A stretch of DNA of 64,000 nucleotides from the human T2T-CHM13v2.0 reference genome, Homo sapiens (GCF_009914755.1 NC_060932.1); one strand, 5' to 3'; shown: positions 1 to 12,788, counted from the first letter of the stretch. The notes: generated by a model from the sequence alone, not told the origin. Numbers and translations are program-made.

Positions 1-806
1 ACTTATTTGCTATACTTTATTTTTGAATATTTTGATGGCTGTCTCTGCCATAGCCACTCAACTGTGGTCTTCACACGTCTGTCATAAATGAACCCATATA
101 TACATTAGGTCTGATACAAAACCAAAATATGTTATTAAGGGTTTGGGCAGATATATAAAAAGTTGAACACATTTTAGTTTACTGCTGTTCTTAAAGTGAT
201 TACCAACTGCGGACCATTCTTGTACTTATGAAATAAAATATAAGCATGCCTGCTAACAATTCCAATTTTAGTACCTTAGCTAGAAATGGGTTTTGAATCA
301 GTTCTAATGTTTATATTCATGTTACAATTATGACCAAATTATACTATTACTTTTAAAGATTTTGGAACTGTTGTTTAAATTTCTGGTTTGCTATTTAGGT
401 ATGTTAAAAATGCAAATTGTTTACATAGTTCAAATCCCTAATCTAAGGCCACAGGAAATATAATACCTCAAAAACAAAAAACTAAACCAACAAAACTTAT
501 GAGATCCATCCATTAATCCTTCTGCTTGTTTAACAAATACTAAGAATCAGGCATTGTTAGACATTTAAGGAGATAAGCCATACTCCTCCAGAATGTTCAC
601 ATTTTAATATGGAGGTTGCACACATAAATAGTTGCAATGTACTGTAAGTATTTTAATATTAATAAGTGCAAAGTCCTGAAATATTACTAAAGAAAAAATA
701 GCTCTGCAGGGGTAACAATATTAGGTGCCATAGAAAAGAAGAAATGCATTGCAGGAGGACATAAAGAGAGCTGCTGTGAACACTCAGGTCTAAGTAGGGA
801 GAGGCC

Positions 807-987
807 TTTATTTTTATTATTATACTTTAAGTTCTAGGGTACATGTGCACAACGTGCATGTTTGTTACATATGTATACATGTGCCATGTTGGTGTGCTGC
901 ACCCATTAACTCGTCTTTTAGCATTACATATATCTCCTAATGCTATCCCTCCCCCCTCCACCCACCCCACAACAGGCCCCGGTGTGA
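807..987 (-). mobile_element. L1PA 3' end fragment
   Basis: tattatactttaagttctagggtacatgtgcac...ccccacaacaggccccggtgtga is the reverse complement of the primate L1 3'UTR. Confidence 0.92.
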
Positions 988-1779
988 AGACACATAGTTA
1001 ATTATGGTAAAAATCTTTCATTTAAACAATTGCTCAGGAGCTAAAATTGTAGGGGAAAAATATAATTTAGAATGAATGTAAGCTTCTGTTTCTGGCTATG
1101 GTGTGATGGAAAGGAGACTAGTTTTCCCATTATAAACAATCACAAAAGAGGACAACATGTGTGAGCCCACAGCTTCCAAACACTGGACAACAAGCAGCCT
1201 AAGACTGGGGAGCCTGAGAAGAGGGAAACTCATGACAGTGGCCTCAGTTTCCCTTCGGGAGAAATCTCGCCCACACTGCACAGGGCACTAGAATCCCAGC
1301 ACAGCAAGGTGCAGCTGCACTCGAGGCTGCCATCCCAGTTCCGGAAAGCTGAAGCAGCTGGGAACAGGTGGCGGGACCTGCGGTGGGGAGTGGGCAGACA
1401 TTTACCTTGGGGCCCCCCACAGTCCTGGGGATGGCTGGCTGACACCTGAGCAAGAGGAACTGCATGAGGTATACACAGGGCAACTGCTGCAGGAAGTTGA
1501 ATCAGAACACGGTGATGGCTGTAACACCTCAGTAATACCCAGAGAGCAGCCAGACAGCAGCTTGCCAAGTCTTAACAGAATAACTTCTATCCTTATAAGG
1601 ATAAACTCTACTCAACAGAGCTGAAAACCAAGCCCTGCCAAGATTAGCATGGCCAACAGCATTTGGAAGTTCAGCCACCCCACATCAGCGGAGCTTAGGC
1701 AACATTCCTGGGGTTTCTACATTTCCACCCAAATGAAGCATAAAGCAAAACCTATGCAAATGCAAGGCGGAATCACAGT

Positions 1780-2790
1780 AATTGATATGCATTTAGAAAT
1801 TACGAGACAGAGAAGGAAGCAAAATTGGAATTCACACTTAGGAAAGTAATGAACCCCTGAATGATGGCTGTGATGTTTAATTTATCAGAAAAGGACATTA
1901 AAGCCACTATTATACATGTATTTAACAAATTAAAGAAGGTATGCTCTTATTGAATTAACATTTAAACAAATGTAGAAAGAAAATTAAGAATCATAAAAAT
2001 GTAAATTCTAGAACTAGTACAATAATCAAAATGAAAATTTCACTTGATATATATAAGAGGAGATTGAAGATGACGGTAGAAAGTCTGTGAACTAGCAAGA
2101 AAAATCAATAGAATATTTCCAACCAGAAGAACAGACAGGAGAAAAAAATTAAGCAAATATAAAGTCTTCTACACTGCCAGTGGGAGTGAATAATATTACA
2201 ACCACTTTGGGTAACAATTTGGCAGTTTCTTATAAAGTTAAATACAGAGTTACTAAGTGACCTAGAAATTATACTGTTAGGTTTTTTATTCAAGAAAAAT
2301 GGAATCATAGGCCCACAAAAAGACGTGCATGTAAGAGTTCATCGCAGTTATTCAGAAGAGATAAATACGGGAAACAACCCAAATGGCTGCTTCAAATGGA
2401 AGAGTAAACAAATATTTGTATATTCATACAAACAATACCACTCACAATGAACAAAATATATGATCTACAGGTGCACTTCACAATATAGGTGAACTCCAAA
2501 AACATTCCAAGCAAAATAAGCTTAAAACAATACATACGGTGTGATTCAATTTATGTGAAGTTCTAGAAGAGACAAAATGAATGTACAGTGAGAGGAATCC
2601 AATATGTGGTTGCTGGGAAGGGTCTGGAAGAGAAGACAGACTGCAAAGACCATGAGCTATGCTTCTGGAATGATGACAATGCTCTTTGTCTTCACTGGGG
2701 TAATGATTACAGAGGTATGAATATTGTTCAAAGGCATCAAATTGTACACTTAAAATGTGTGCATTGTACCACATGCCACTTTTGATACAT
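1780..2790 (+). mobile_element. Old L1M (L1MC/ME-like) fragments
   Basis: Degenerate L1 ORF2-end/3'UTR motifs (caaccactttgg...aatttggcagtttctt...; ttgtacacttaaaatgtgtgcatt). Confidence 0.6.
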
Positions 2791-3126
2791 GATGTTAACT
2801 GAAAATTTAGTTTAGTTTAGTCAGATTTTGGGGATTTAAAGACGAAATGCATTAAATTGCATTCAGATGTATACTCTGGTGGTAAAATAGAATTTAGAAG
2901 TGAAATAAAGCATAAAGTTTTCTATAAAATATTTGCTATGATTTTGTATGGCATATAATGAGGAACAACTGAATGTCTTTATTTCTGTAAGTGTTAGATT
3001 TTGATAATATAATGGTAAAGATTTCTTCAGTTGAATATTAATAATTGTAAAATAATCTATCATAGTACTAAACAATTTTCAAAGGCAGGAATAAAAAGCA
3101 GATTCTAAAAGTGAAGAATTTACATA

Positions 3127-3488
3127 CAGGTTGTGAGTATCCCTTATCCAGCTTGGGATCAGCAATGTTTCAGATTTAGAATCTTTTCAGATTTGGGAAT
3201 ACATGCACATACATAATGAGATATCATGGGAATGGAACCCAACTCTAAACACCAAATTCATTTATGTTTCACACACACCTTAAAAGATATATTGCAGCTG
3301 AAGGGGGCTGTGGAAGTCTTTTTTCCCTTGAGGATGCTTTTGTGCACCTGTTTTAACTGAAACTGGTCACATGAGTTCAGGATGGAATTTTCCACTTGTG
3401 GCATCATGATAGTACTAAAAAATTTTGGATTTTTGATTTTTGAGCATTTCAGGAATTTTGAATTTTTGGATTGGTGATGCTCAACCTG
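3127..3488. mobile_element. Tigger4b/MER46-like DNA transposon (TcMar-Tigger)
   Basis: Inverted termini caggttg(tg)agtatcc ... gatgctcaacctg, preceded by TA; ~360 bp. Confidence 0.8.
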
Positions 3489-5298
3489 TTTATAACTTCT
3501 AAAACGCGTTACTAAGACTCACCACTGTCTACACAACTGATGTTAAATTAATGTCATACTTTAAGGCGTTAAATTATTTTGCACTCTGTTTTTGCTAGAC
3601 AAATAGAGCTGCACGCCTTCTAAGAAATGGACCTTGGAGGATAATTGACTGACCACCTTATTTTTAATATGGCCTTGTCACTTTTTATTTGCTCAGGCAT
3701 GTGTGTCTTCTGTGTTGCAGGTCTATAGTGTTGACAGAATGAGTTTTGATTGGTTAAGTGTGTGCATTTTTAACTTTTTGAAATTGGGGTTAAGGTCATG
3801 TAAGAATCAAATGTGTTGTTCTCTGTTGTAACTTCTCATTCCTTTGTACAAAAGATTATAATACATCATAGTTCATTGATGCCACTCAATAGTTGATGAA
3901 AAAATAAATTGGTAGGAATAAGTGTAAAAATCTAGTTTTCACCTAAGAAAATTTGTCTTGTCAAAGGTGTTCAAGCAAAGAATAATTTTCAAATCAAAGC
4001 CTCTTGGAAAATTAAAATGAGTCTCACCCAAGCATGTCCCACTTCCCCTAATGAAATATCTAGAGAGCAGCTGCTTTGTGCTAGGCCCTGGACTGAACTC
4101 TGGGGATTCAAAGATAAATTAGACAATTTATTTGCAACCAAGGAGTACATACTCTTGGAACCTGTCATTCAACTAATATGTTCTCTAGAAAAGCAGAAAT
4201 ACTGTGCAATGAAAATGACCAGGGGTAGCAAGGCTCTAAAACTGGCATTTAGAGTCAAACAACAGGACTTGGTCTAATTGTACAATACCCTTATAAAAGT
4301 ATTGTTTAGAAAAAAAATGTGATACTCAAAACCCTTGTGCTAGCTTTACCATAAAAGACTATGTAAACCTGGGAGCTAGGAGAGAGCCTTCATCAGTGCA
4401 CCATATGCATAAGTAAGGAGATAGGAGATCTGAGGGAGAAGGGAATAAAACGCTGAACAGAAAGCAGCAGAGACTAGAGATGAAGACAAGACGCTGGTCC
4501 TCCAGAGGCCCAGCTATGTTTGAGCAGCTCAGTACCCTTCTGTGACGTAAAGAACAAAGTCACTGCCTCCAAATGGGATAGGAGAAAAGGACTGGTCCTT
4601 GACTAAGAGCGCATGGTAGTCACAAATCTGGGGGCTGCTTTTTGGCCAAGAGAGCAGCCATTTGAAGGCATATGGGAGAGAAGCACCCTTTTCCTATGTC
4701 TGAGATGCCAGCGAGGAAGAGACACTACATCAGTGAAGGAATAGGGGGCACCCAGGAATCTGTGAGTCTTCTGAAAATACACACAGATTTGGGTCTATTT
4801 TTCTCTCTTTGCTGTATCTTCCTGCAAAAGGAGGTTCATAGATTCTACTAGATTTGGGAAATGGTCTTACATGAAATGGTCAACAATCACTGTTTTACAG
4901 CAATTAAAGTTGCTCCTGGGCCTACTAAACACTCAGGAAAGGTGAGGGGGTGGTGTCGATGCAAGGTCTTTAAACGCTGACATGAATATGAAAGTTGATA
5001 AATATTTAGCAGAGGAATGACAGCTGAACATGCAGAAGAAGGAAAAGCCAAGCCCACAGGAAAGGAGCAACCTTTTCGGGCAAAGGAAGACAAAGACAGA
5101 GAATGCAAGTTTTTGGGAAGGAATCATGCGGTTTGATCTCCTGAAACCCAAGAGTAGAAAGAGGAAAGAAATTAAGAATTTTTTGTTAATTTGTCTATTT
5201 TTAATATAGAGTGAAGCTATCATAAAATAGGTACATATACTGAATACAAGTTACTTAATTGGTGAAATATGAGCTATTCTTTTAAGGAGCGGAGGCAG

Positions 5299-5634
<336 letters not shown>

Positions 5635-5830
5635 TTATACTTACTCAAAACCAAAAGTAACCGTATCCACAAAAAATTACACACAGTATTATATTTTCAA
5701 AAGAGGATTCAAAAATAGCTTTCAAAATGGCCCATGGCCTCTCTGGAAATTTATGTTCACCATTCAGTGAATAACTGATCTTCACCTTCTGCTCATTAAA
5801 TGTTTTAGAAACAATAAAAAGAAACAGAGT

Positions 5831-5953
5831 GGCCAGGCGTGGTGTAATCACGCCTGTAATCCCAGCACTTTGGGAGGCTGAGGCGGGTGGATCACGAGGT
5901 CAGGAGATCGAGACCATCCTGGCTAACATGGTAAAACCCCGTCTCTACTAAAA

Positions 5954-5992
<39 letters not shown>

Positions 5993-6174
5993 TAGCCGGG
6001 CGAGGTGGCCGGCGCCTATAGTCCCAGCTACTGGGGAGGCTGAGGCAGGAGAATGGCGTGAACCCGGGAGGTGGAGCTTGCAGTAAGCTGAGATCGCCAC
6101 TGCACTTCAGCCTAGGCGATAGAGCCAAACTCCCTCTCCAAAAAAAAAAAAAAAGAAAAAGAAAAAGAAAAAAA
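5831..6174 (+). mobile_element. AluY with (CA)n expansion in the middle linker
   Basis: AluY diagnostics (gagatcgagaccatcctggctaac, gaatggcgtgaacc); (CA)~16 at 5956-5987; TSD aaaagaaacag(a/t)gt. Confidence 0.95.
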
Positions 6175-6760
6175 AAGAAACAGTGTGATTCTTGAGAGCA
6201 AGAATAATCTTATAAAAAGAAAATAATTCATTTTCATATGATCCTGGAATAAAATAAGCTCTTTAAAAAATAATAAAACACTTTTGACCAAGAAAAAAAT
6301 GAAAAAAAGATTTCCTGAGCTCTTGGTACTGAAGGAGGCAGGATATTTGTACATGTCACAAATCCTTCTGGCAAATGCTGTGGTCTGTGGATCTGACAGC
6401 AGTGAACTCTGAGGAGTAGATGCCAAGGAACCACACCCAGCCCCCACCCACCTCTCCCGGAACTCCTCTGCTGTCCTCCCCTCTAAGGGGCAGTGTTCCA
6501 TGTACAATTCCACTTAGAAAAAAGTGTCAGCTTCCCTGGCGCATCTTAATGTTTTGGGGGTGAGATGAGTCCGATGCTAATTCTAGGATTGGACTCCTTG
6601 GTGCAGCAAGACCCATGGCTTTACACGTCTCACACATATCACACGGGCCCTGGTGCCAGTCTTTACCCTACTTCTCATGTATCTCAAATGTCCTTCTTGG
6701 CACTCACAGCCAGGTCTTTCACAGACAGCTGCCATCTGCTTTAGGATTGGGTTTCCGCAC

Positions 6761-8540
6761 CGCTATGATCTAAATGTGTCTACCCAAAATTCAAATGTGG
6801 AAGCTTCATCTCCGATGTTATGGTATTAATAAGCGGGGCCTTAGGTGGTGATTAGGTCATGATGTGTTCGGAATTGGTGAGGTCTCGGTCTCACTGACTT
6901 CAAGAATGAAGTTGCGGACCCTCACGGTGAGTGTTACAGGTCTTAAAGGTGGTGTGTCCGGAGTTTGTTCCTTCTGATGTTCGGACGTGTTCAGAGTTTC
7001 TTCCTTCTGGTGGGTTCGTGGTCTCACTGGCTTCAAGAGTGAAATTGCAGACCTTCGCAGTGAGTGTTACAGCTCTTAAGGCCACATGTCTGGAGTTACT
7101 AGATCCTCCTGTCTGGGCTTGTTCATTCTTCCTGGTGGGTTCATGGTCTCGCTGGCCTCAGGAATGAAGCTGCATACCCTTGGGGTGAGTGTTTCAGCTC
7201 ATAAAGGCAGTGTGAACCCAAAGAGTAAGCAGCAGCAATATTTATCGCAAAGAGCAAAAGAACAAAGCTTCCACACTGTCGAAAGAGACCGGAGTGGATT
7301 GCCACTGTTGGCTCAGGCAGCCTGCTTTTATTCCCTTATCTGGCTCCACCCACATCCTGCTGATTGGTCCATTTTACAGAGAGCTGATTGGTCTGGTTTG
7401 ACAGGGTGCTGATTGGTGTGTTTACAATCCCTGAGCTAGACACAGAGTCCTGATTGGTGCATTTATAATCCCCTAGCTAGACATAAAAGTTCTCCAAGTC
7501 CCCACCAGATTAGCCACATACAGAGTGCTGATTGGTGCATTTACAAACCTTGAGCTAGACACAGAGTGCTGATTGGTGTGTTTACAATCCCATAGCTAGA
7601 CATAAAGGTTCTCCAAGTCCCCACCAGATTAGCCAGGTACAGAGTGCTAATTGGTGCATTCACAAACCTTGCGCTAGACACAGGGTGCTGATTGGTGCAT
7701 TTACAAACCTTGAGCTAGACACAGAGTGCTGATTGGTGTATCTACAATCCCTTAGCTAGACATAAAGGTCCTCCAAGTCCCCACTAGACTCAGGAGCCCA
7801 GCTGGCTTCACCCAGTGGATCCTGCACCAGGGTGGCAGGCAGAGCTGCCCACCAGTCCCACGCAGTGCGCCGGCACTCCTCAGCCCTTGGGCGGTCGATG
7901 GGACTGGGTGCCCCAGAGCAGGGGACGGTGATCGTCAGGGAGGCTCGGGCTGCACAGGAGCCCACGGCAAGGGTTGGGGGAGGCTCGGGCATGGTGGGCT
8001 GCAGGTCCGAGTCCTGCCCCGCAGGGAGGCAGCTGAGGCCCTGGGAGAATTCGAGCTCAGCACCGGGACCCAGCGCACCCTCCGCAGCTGCTGGCCCGGG
8101 TGCTAAGCCCCTCACTGCCTGGGGCCGGCAGCCCCGGCCAGCCACTGGGAGTGCGGGGCCCACTGAGCCCACGCCCACCCAGAACTGGCGCTGGCCCGCC
8201 CGCGCCTCTCCTTCCACACCTCCTGGCAAGCAGAGGGAGCCGGCTTCCGCCTGGGCCAGCCCAGAAAGGGGCTCCCACAGTGCAACCGCGGGGTGAAGGG
8301 CTCCTCAACAGCGGCCTGAGTGGGTACCGAGGCCGAGGAGGTGCCCAGAGCGAGGGATTGCTGCGAGGGCTGCCAGCATGCCGTCACCTCTCAATGAGGG
8401 TGAAGTCCTCATTAAAGTTATTAATGAATTATAAAAGAGGCTTCACACGACATTTGCTCCTTTTGTCTTCCCTCCACTTGGCCATGTGAGGATGCGGGGC
8501 TCAAGATACATCTTAGAGGCAGAGACAAGGGCCTCCACCC
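6761..8540 (+). mobile_element. MaLR LTR (MST/MLT1A-like) split by LTR12C
   Basis: 6761-6862 (…ggggccttaggtggtgattaggtcatga) continues at 8398 (gggtgaagtcctcat…gccatgtgaggat…). Confidence 0.75.
6863..8393 (-). mobile_element. LTR12C solo LTR (HERV9), 1531 bp
   Basis: TG…CA termini; exact 4-bp TSD atga (6859-6862, 8394-8397); GC-rich U3, tandem CCAAT-containing repeats at 7355-7790, repeated U5 blocks. Confidence 0.95.
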
Positions 8541-9984
8541 AGTGGACTGAAGTGATTTAAAAACAAAGTCCTAAAACCACACTTGTAAATTAATACAAAA
8601 AGGAAAAGAAGTAATAAGATAAAGAAATACTTTGTAAATTAAACTACTTAAAGCTATATCATCTTCAGCAGCTCCTGAGAAATTGCAATCTACATATTTG
8701 AGAACTGACCGTAAAAACCATTTTATTTTGCACTCATAGTTGAATGAGTATATGTTTCATATTTTACAAATTTGCCGTTAATGAAAGGGGAAAGTCAGGC
8801 ATCTGTGACAGCCTAAGCAAAAAGCATCTGGCTTCTACTGACTTCTGGCAACCCACCCATGCCAGTCAGCAATGCTCTCTCCTCCTCTGGCTGATGCCAA
8901 GCACCAGGCTGCATAGAGTTCCACTAGTTCAAACATTCTCCCAGGCAAGGATAATGACTCAATGTTTAGGCTGCACAGACTCTTGGGGCCAATATCCCAT
9001 AGGCATGAAAGGAACAAATAGAAAGGCTACTGAGTGAATGCTCAATGAAGTCTCCCCAGCTGCTGTCCGTCTGAAAGGCCACTCATACTTCACATCAGCC
9101 ACTGTAAGGATGGACAGTGGCCGACAGTGGAGGCTAACACAGCTAACACTAGAACCACATGATTTAGGAGGAATTTGGGACAGGAAATTTGTAAGAAGAA
9201 ACATTCCGGGTACTCTAATTTGTGGTGAATTTACAAGTTAGCTGCCAATTGAGAAGTGAGACTCAAATTGCACAAGACGTCATACCCCTAACTTTTTCCA
9301 ATCCAGATAATCTACCCACAGGAAACATTTAAAATTCTGATAGGATTGCATACATGGCCACAAGCCTATCTGTGCCATCTTTGAGCTTCTCCTGGATGAC
9401 TCTAGCAGCTGTTGGATTCTTGGCTCCTATGCTAGTCTCTCCTCCTTGCAATACACCTTCCAGATGCCTGCCAGTTACCATGTCAGGGAAGAGTCTCTCT
9501 TCAGGTCACTCTCTTGCTTTAGAGTTAAATACGGAGTGAAGATCAGATTCCCTTGCATGGCACACAGCCTCTTTAAAACCCGTCCCCTATTACCTCTTTG
9601 TTCTCTCCTCCTGACACTCAACCCCATGCCTTCCTGCTTCCAGTCCCTCACCCCAGATGCCACCTGGTGTTCCCCCATCATCTAGCCTCTTACACTTAAA
9701 CTTCTAAGACCAGATCAAATGACATCTCTTATCAGTGGCTTGCTGTGAGCCTTCCATTTCTCAGCTCTGTGTGCTCACAGCATTTAATCGCGACTTCTAC
9801 CAAGCCCTTTCCACACTGGTCACAGCAGCTCCCCGGCTCCCCCGCACGCTGTCAGGCTTTCCCTGGTGGATGCTGTTCAGTCATCTCGGCTCCCACGTCT
9901 ACCACAGGGCTACATCTGAGCAGATGTGCAATATCGTAATGTCCCTGACAACTGAAATGATCATGTTATAATAAAACATCTACG

Positions 9985-10210
9985 GCTAACATTTATTGAT
10001 TGCCTGTGATGCAGGAGGAATGGGGCCAAGTATCTGATGCATTTTATGTAATTTAATCTTTAAACAATTCTGAGAAGAAGGTGCTACTTTCTCATTTTAT
10101 AGGTATCCTGAGATTGAAAACTGTTTACTTTTCACAGGCTCTCGGTACTATTGGGTGGTAGAACAGAGATTTAAACCAGGTCTTCGTGAATCCAAATCAA
10201 TGTCCTTTCC
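9985..10210 (-). mobile_element. MIR
   Basis: gctaacatttattga…ctcattttatag…agagatttaaaccaggtct degenerate MIR pattern. Confidence 0.7.
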
Positions 10211-11117
10211 AAAAGAAATGTGCAAATTCAATCTGCAGGGTACTCTGATTTCTTTTAAATACATTACACATTTTCACAGTTTGAGATTCCACATATGTGA
10301 CAAATTCTATTGACACAGAAGTATTTATAGCCTTAGTTTTGCAAAGAAAGGCCTAATCTTGACAATTGGCTATAGAACTTATAATTTTAAACTTCTTTGA
10401 AATATTTCACAGAAATATACCTTAAAATATTAATAAATATTAGTCTCCTATATTTAACCTACTACAGACAAAACTTCTTTGTGAAACTGTTTTTAAAAAA
10501 ATATTTTTAAAGGAGGAATGTTGGTGACCATGAGGAACAGTTGAATCTCATTCCTGGAAATGTATACTTGTAGTTTTAATGAAACTTCAAATCCCGTATG
10601 TAGAAAAAGTTAACAGTAATACTTTACCGAAAGACATTAAGGATGCAGTGAAAAAGCCCTAACTTAAATTCCGACCATGAATTTAGAACTACCACAAAAA
10701 ATAATTTGTTTTTATTATCACTACTTTTCTCTCCCTAAGAAGGCCTATGTGATCGGCCAGTTTATTTTATGAATTTATATCGAATGTATGGCCTCATATC
10801 AACAAAAGGGCCTTGCTTGGATTACCGCAGAACACGAATGGGCTAGATATGCTTACCTCACCTCTCCTAACTGAAATGCAAGTTAATAGGAGGCAGCAAT
10901 ATTTGCATTTCCAAGGAGGTGGATAGAAAAAGGAGCAGAAAGGGGGATTTCGGTTTCTGGTGAATCCTTCCTTTAATATTAAACCTCTCCAACAATAACA
11001 AGTACTAAAAGCTCTGCAGCACCCCCAGGGAACCAAATTCCAGCCACACAAAATGACCTTTAACACTTTTACCTCTCCTAAGAAATGTTTAAATCCAGGC
11101 AGCATTTGCATACTTAC

Positions 11118-12612
11118 TTTCTCAGTTTTTGTCTAATCTCTGAATCTTTAATTTCATTTTGAAGATCCTCAAAGTTCTTAACTGAAGTCAAATTACAGAA
11201 AACTCTGAAGTCAACATATGGTGGGATCCCGTGGTCTCTACCCCTTTGAATGATGGTGGCAGCCGAATCCACGGCCGCAGAATAAGCCGCGGAGAAGAGC
11301 CTCTGGGTCAGCTCAGGACTGAGAAGGTAGGAGGGTGCCCGCCATTTAGCAGCCACGCCAAACAGCCCCCGGAGAACCGGGTCTATCCCACCTTCCTTGA
11401 TTATTCTGGACGGTGAAAAGAGCGCTTTATGGAACGGAAGGTGGCCTTCGGAAATTTCACCTAAGGTGGCATTCAGTCGGTAAAGAATAGGATTGATTAA
11501 TGTGTGGCCAAATCTAAAGGCTGCAGTAGCAAAAGAGTTAATGATGCCTGCATTCACGTTGGGGTTGTAGCCTCGGTAACCCCTCAGCATCCTAGTGCCA
11601 GGGTCCCCCAGGACCTTAGGCAGCCAGTGGCTGTAGGTGATGTGCTGCAGCTCCGCGCCCACGATCTTCCTGGCTTCCTGGTAAACCGTGTTTCCCTCCC
11701 AGTGGGGGTTCAGGGCGGACAGCTCCGTGGCCACCCTGTTGTGTTCCCGGAACCACAGGGTGTGCATGGCGGCCAGAGCCAGATGCTCGTTGGCCCGGTG
11801 GTCCCCGGCCAGGAAACAGGGGCTCTCCTGCTCCTGTCGCGCGCACTCGGTGGGTGGGCCTGTAGAAAAGGGCAATAAGGGCTTTCCGGAGGGAGGCCAA
11901 GGAAAGCCTGTCTTCAGGAGACCCCGAGGCACCGAAGGGTCTCTGAGAGCCTGGGATTCCCGCTCCGAGCTCCCGTAAACGTTGGAGCCATCGATGTAGG
12001 CTGTTTGCTGGTTGATCTGCTCTCGTGCATAGACTGAATCCACCGTCGCAGAGGGACGGCCGCTGGCACACGCGGGGCTGGAGCGCGCGAAGAGCATGCA
12101 GGGCGCGTGGGTGCCCCGGGGGTCGGCGTGCCGGGTGTTCATGGGGAAACAAGGAGGGTCGTTGGTGCAGACGGAGTTGCACGGCCGCCCATCCGAGAAG
12201 CGGGCTGTGCTCAGCGCAGGCACTGTGTGGTCCAAGTCGTGCTCTAGAAACCAGCCCCAGTGCATGAGCATGCGCGTGTAGCTGTGGTCGGGGGTGACGG
12301 CCGCCGCGCGCGCCCACACTGTGGCGACCAGCCCGGGCGGCGGGAGGGGCTGGCGGGAGCCCACAGGAAGGCCGAGCCCGCGGGGCGCGCGGATGCCGTC
12401 CCGGTAGGCTGGCTGCAGCAGGCGCGCGAAGGCGGTCAGCGCCGCGCCCCACGTGGGCTGCTGCAGGTTGTTGCACGTGCCGTCGTGGGCGCGGTACTTC
12501 GCATGGAAACACCGGTTGGAGCAGTTTGGCAGAGGCCTGCGAGCTGTGCATCCAGATAAATTGGCGATGAGGCTGAGGGAGCGCGGGGACACCAAGTCAT
12601 TGTACCGGAATT
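11118..12612 (-). CDS. PXDNL: PXDNL large coding exon (~exon 17), animal haem peroxidase domain
   Basis: 1495 bp; tttcag|AA acceptor, AAA|gtaagt donor; motifs [63 protein letters not shown] (vs WGQFLDHD) distinguishes PXDNL from PXDN. Confidence 0.98.
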
Positions 12613-12720
12613 CTGAAAGGCAAGCGGCGAAAGCCGTGAGGAGGGCGGGCCTGGGAGGGCGCGGGCAACTTGGAACTCCAGATGCTGCGGGAACCACCTC
12701 CCACCCCGCCCGCCCTGAGT
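11640..12720. promoter_or_regulatory. Intragenic CpG island over the large exon and its acceptor
   Basis: Abrupt GC- and CpG-dense stretch (e.g. ccgccgcgcgcgcc) in an AT-rich background; GC boxes near 12643 and 12705-12716. Boundaries estimated by eye. Confidence 0.85.
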
Positions 12721-12788
12721 GAAAAGAGGCCTTTCTTACTTCCAAAAACATTTCGTTAGCTCACAACAAAAGGGGGGATCATTCTATA

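Noticed and set aside
7355-7790. Regularly spaced repeats resembling a CRISPR array
   Set aside because: These are the U3 enhancer repeats of LTR12; the spacers are themselves repeated and the DNA is human.
6900-8489. Cluster of 60-157 aa ORFs on both strands
   Set aside because: All lie in the GC-rich LTR12C; no protein-like features.
10794-11111. 105-aa ORF right after the large exon
   Set aside because: Intronic, follows the in-frame stop in the donor and lacks peroxidase similarity.
11231-12722. Plus-strand ORFs opposite the large exon
   Set aside because: Antisense shadows of GC-rich coding sequence.
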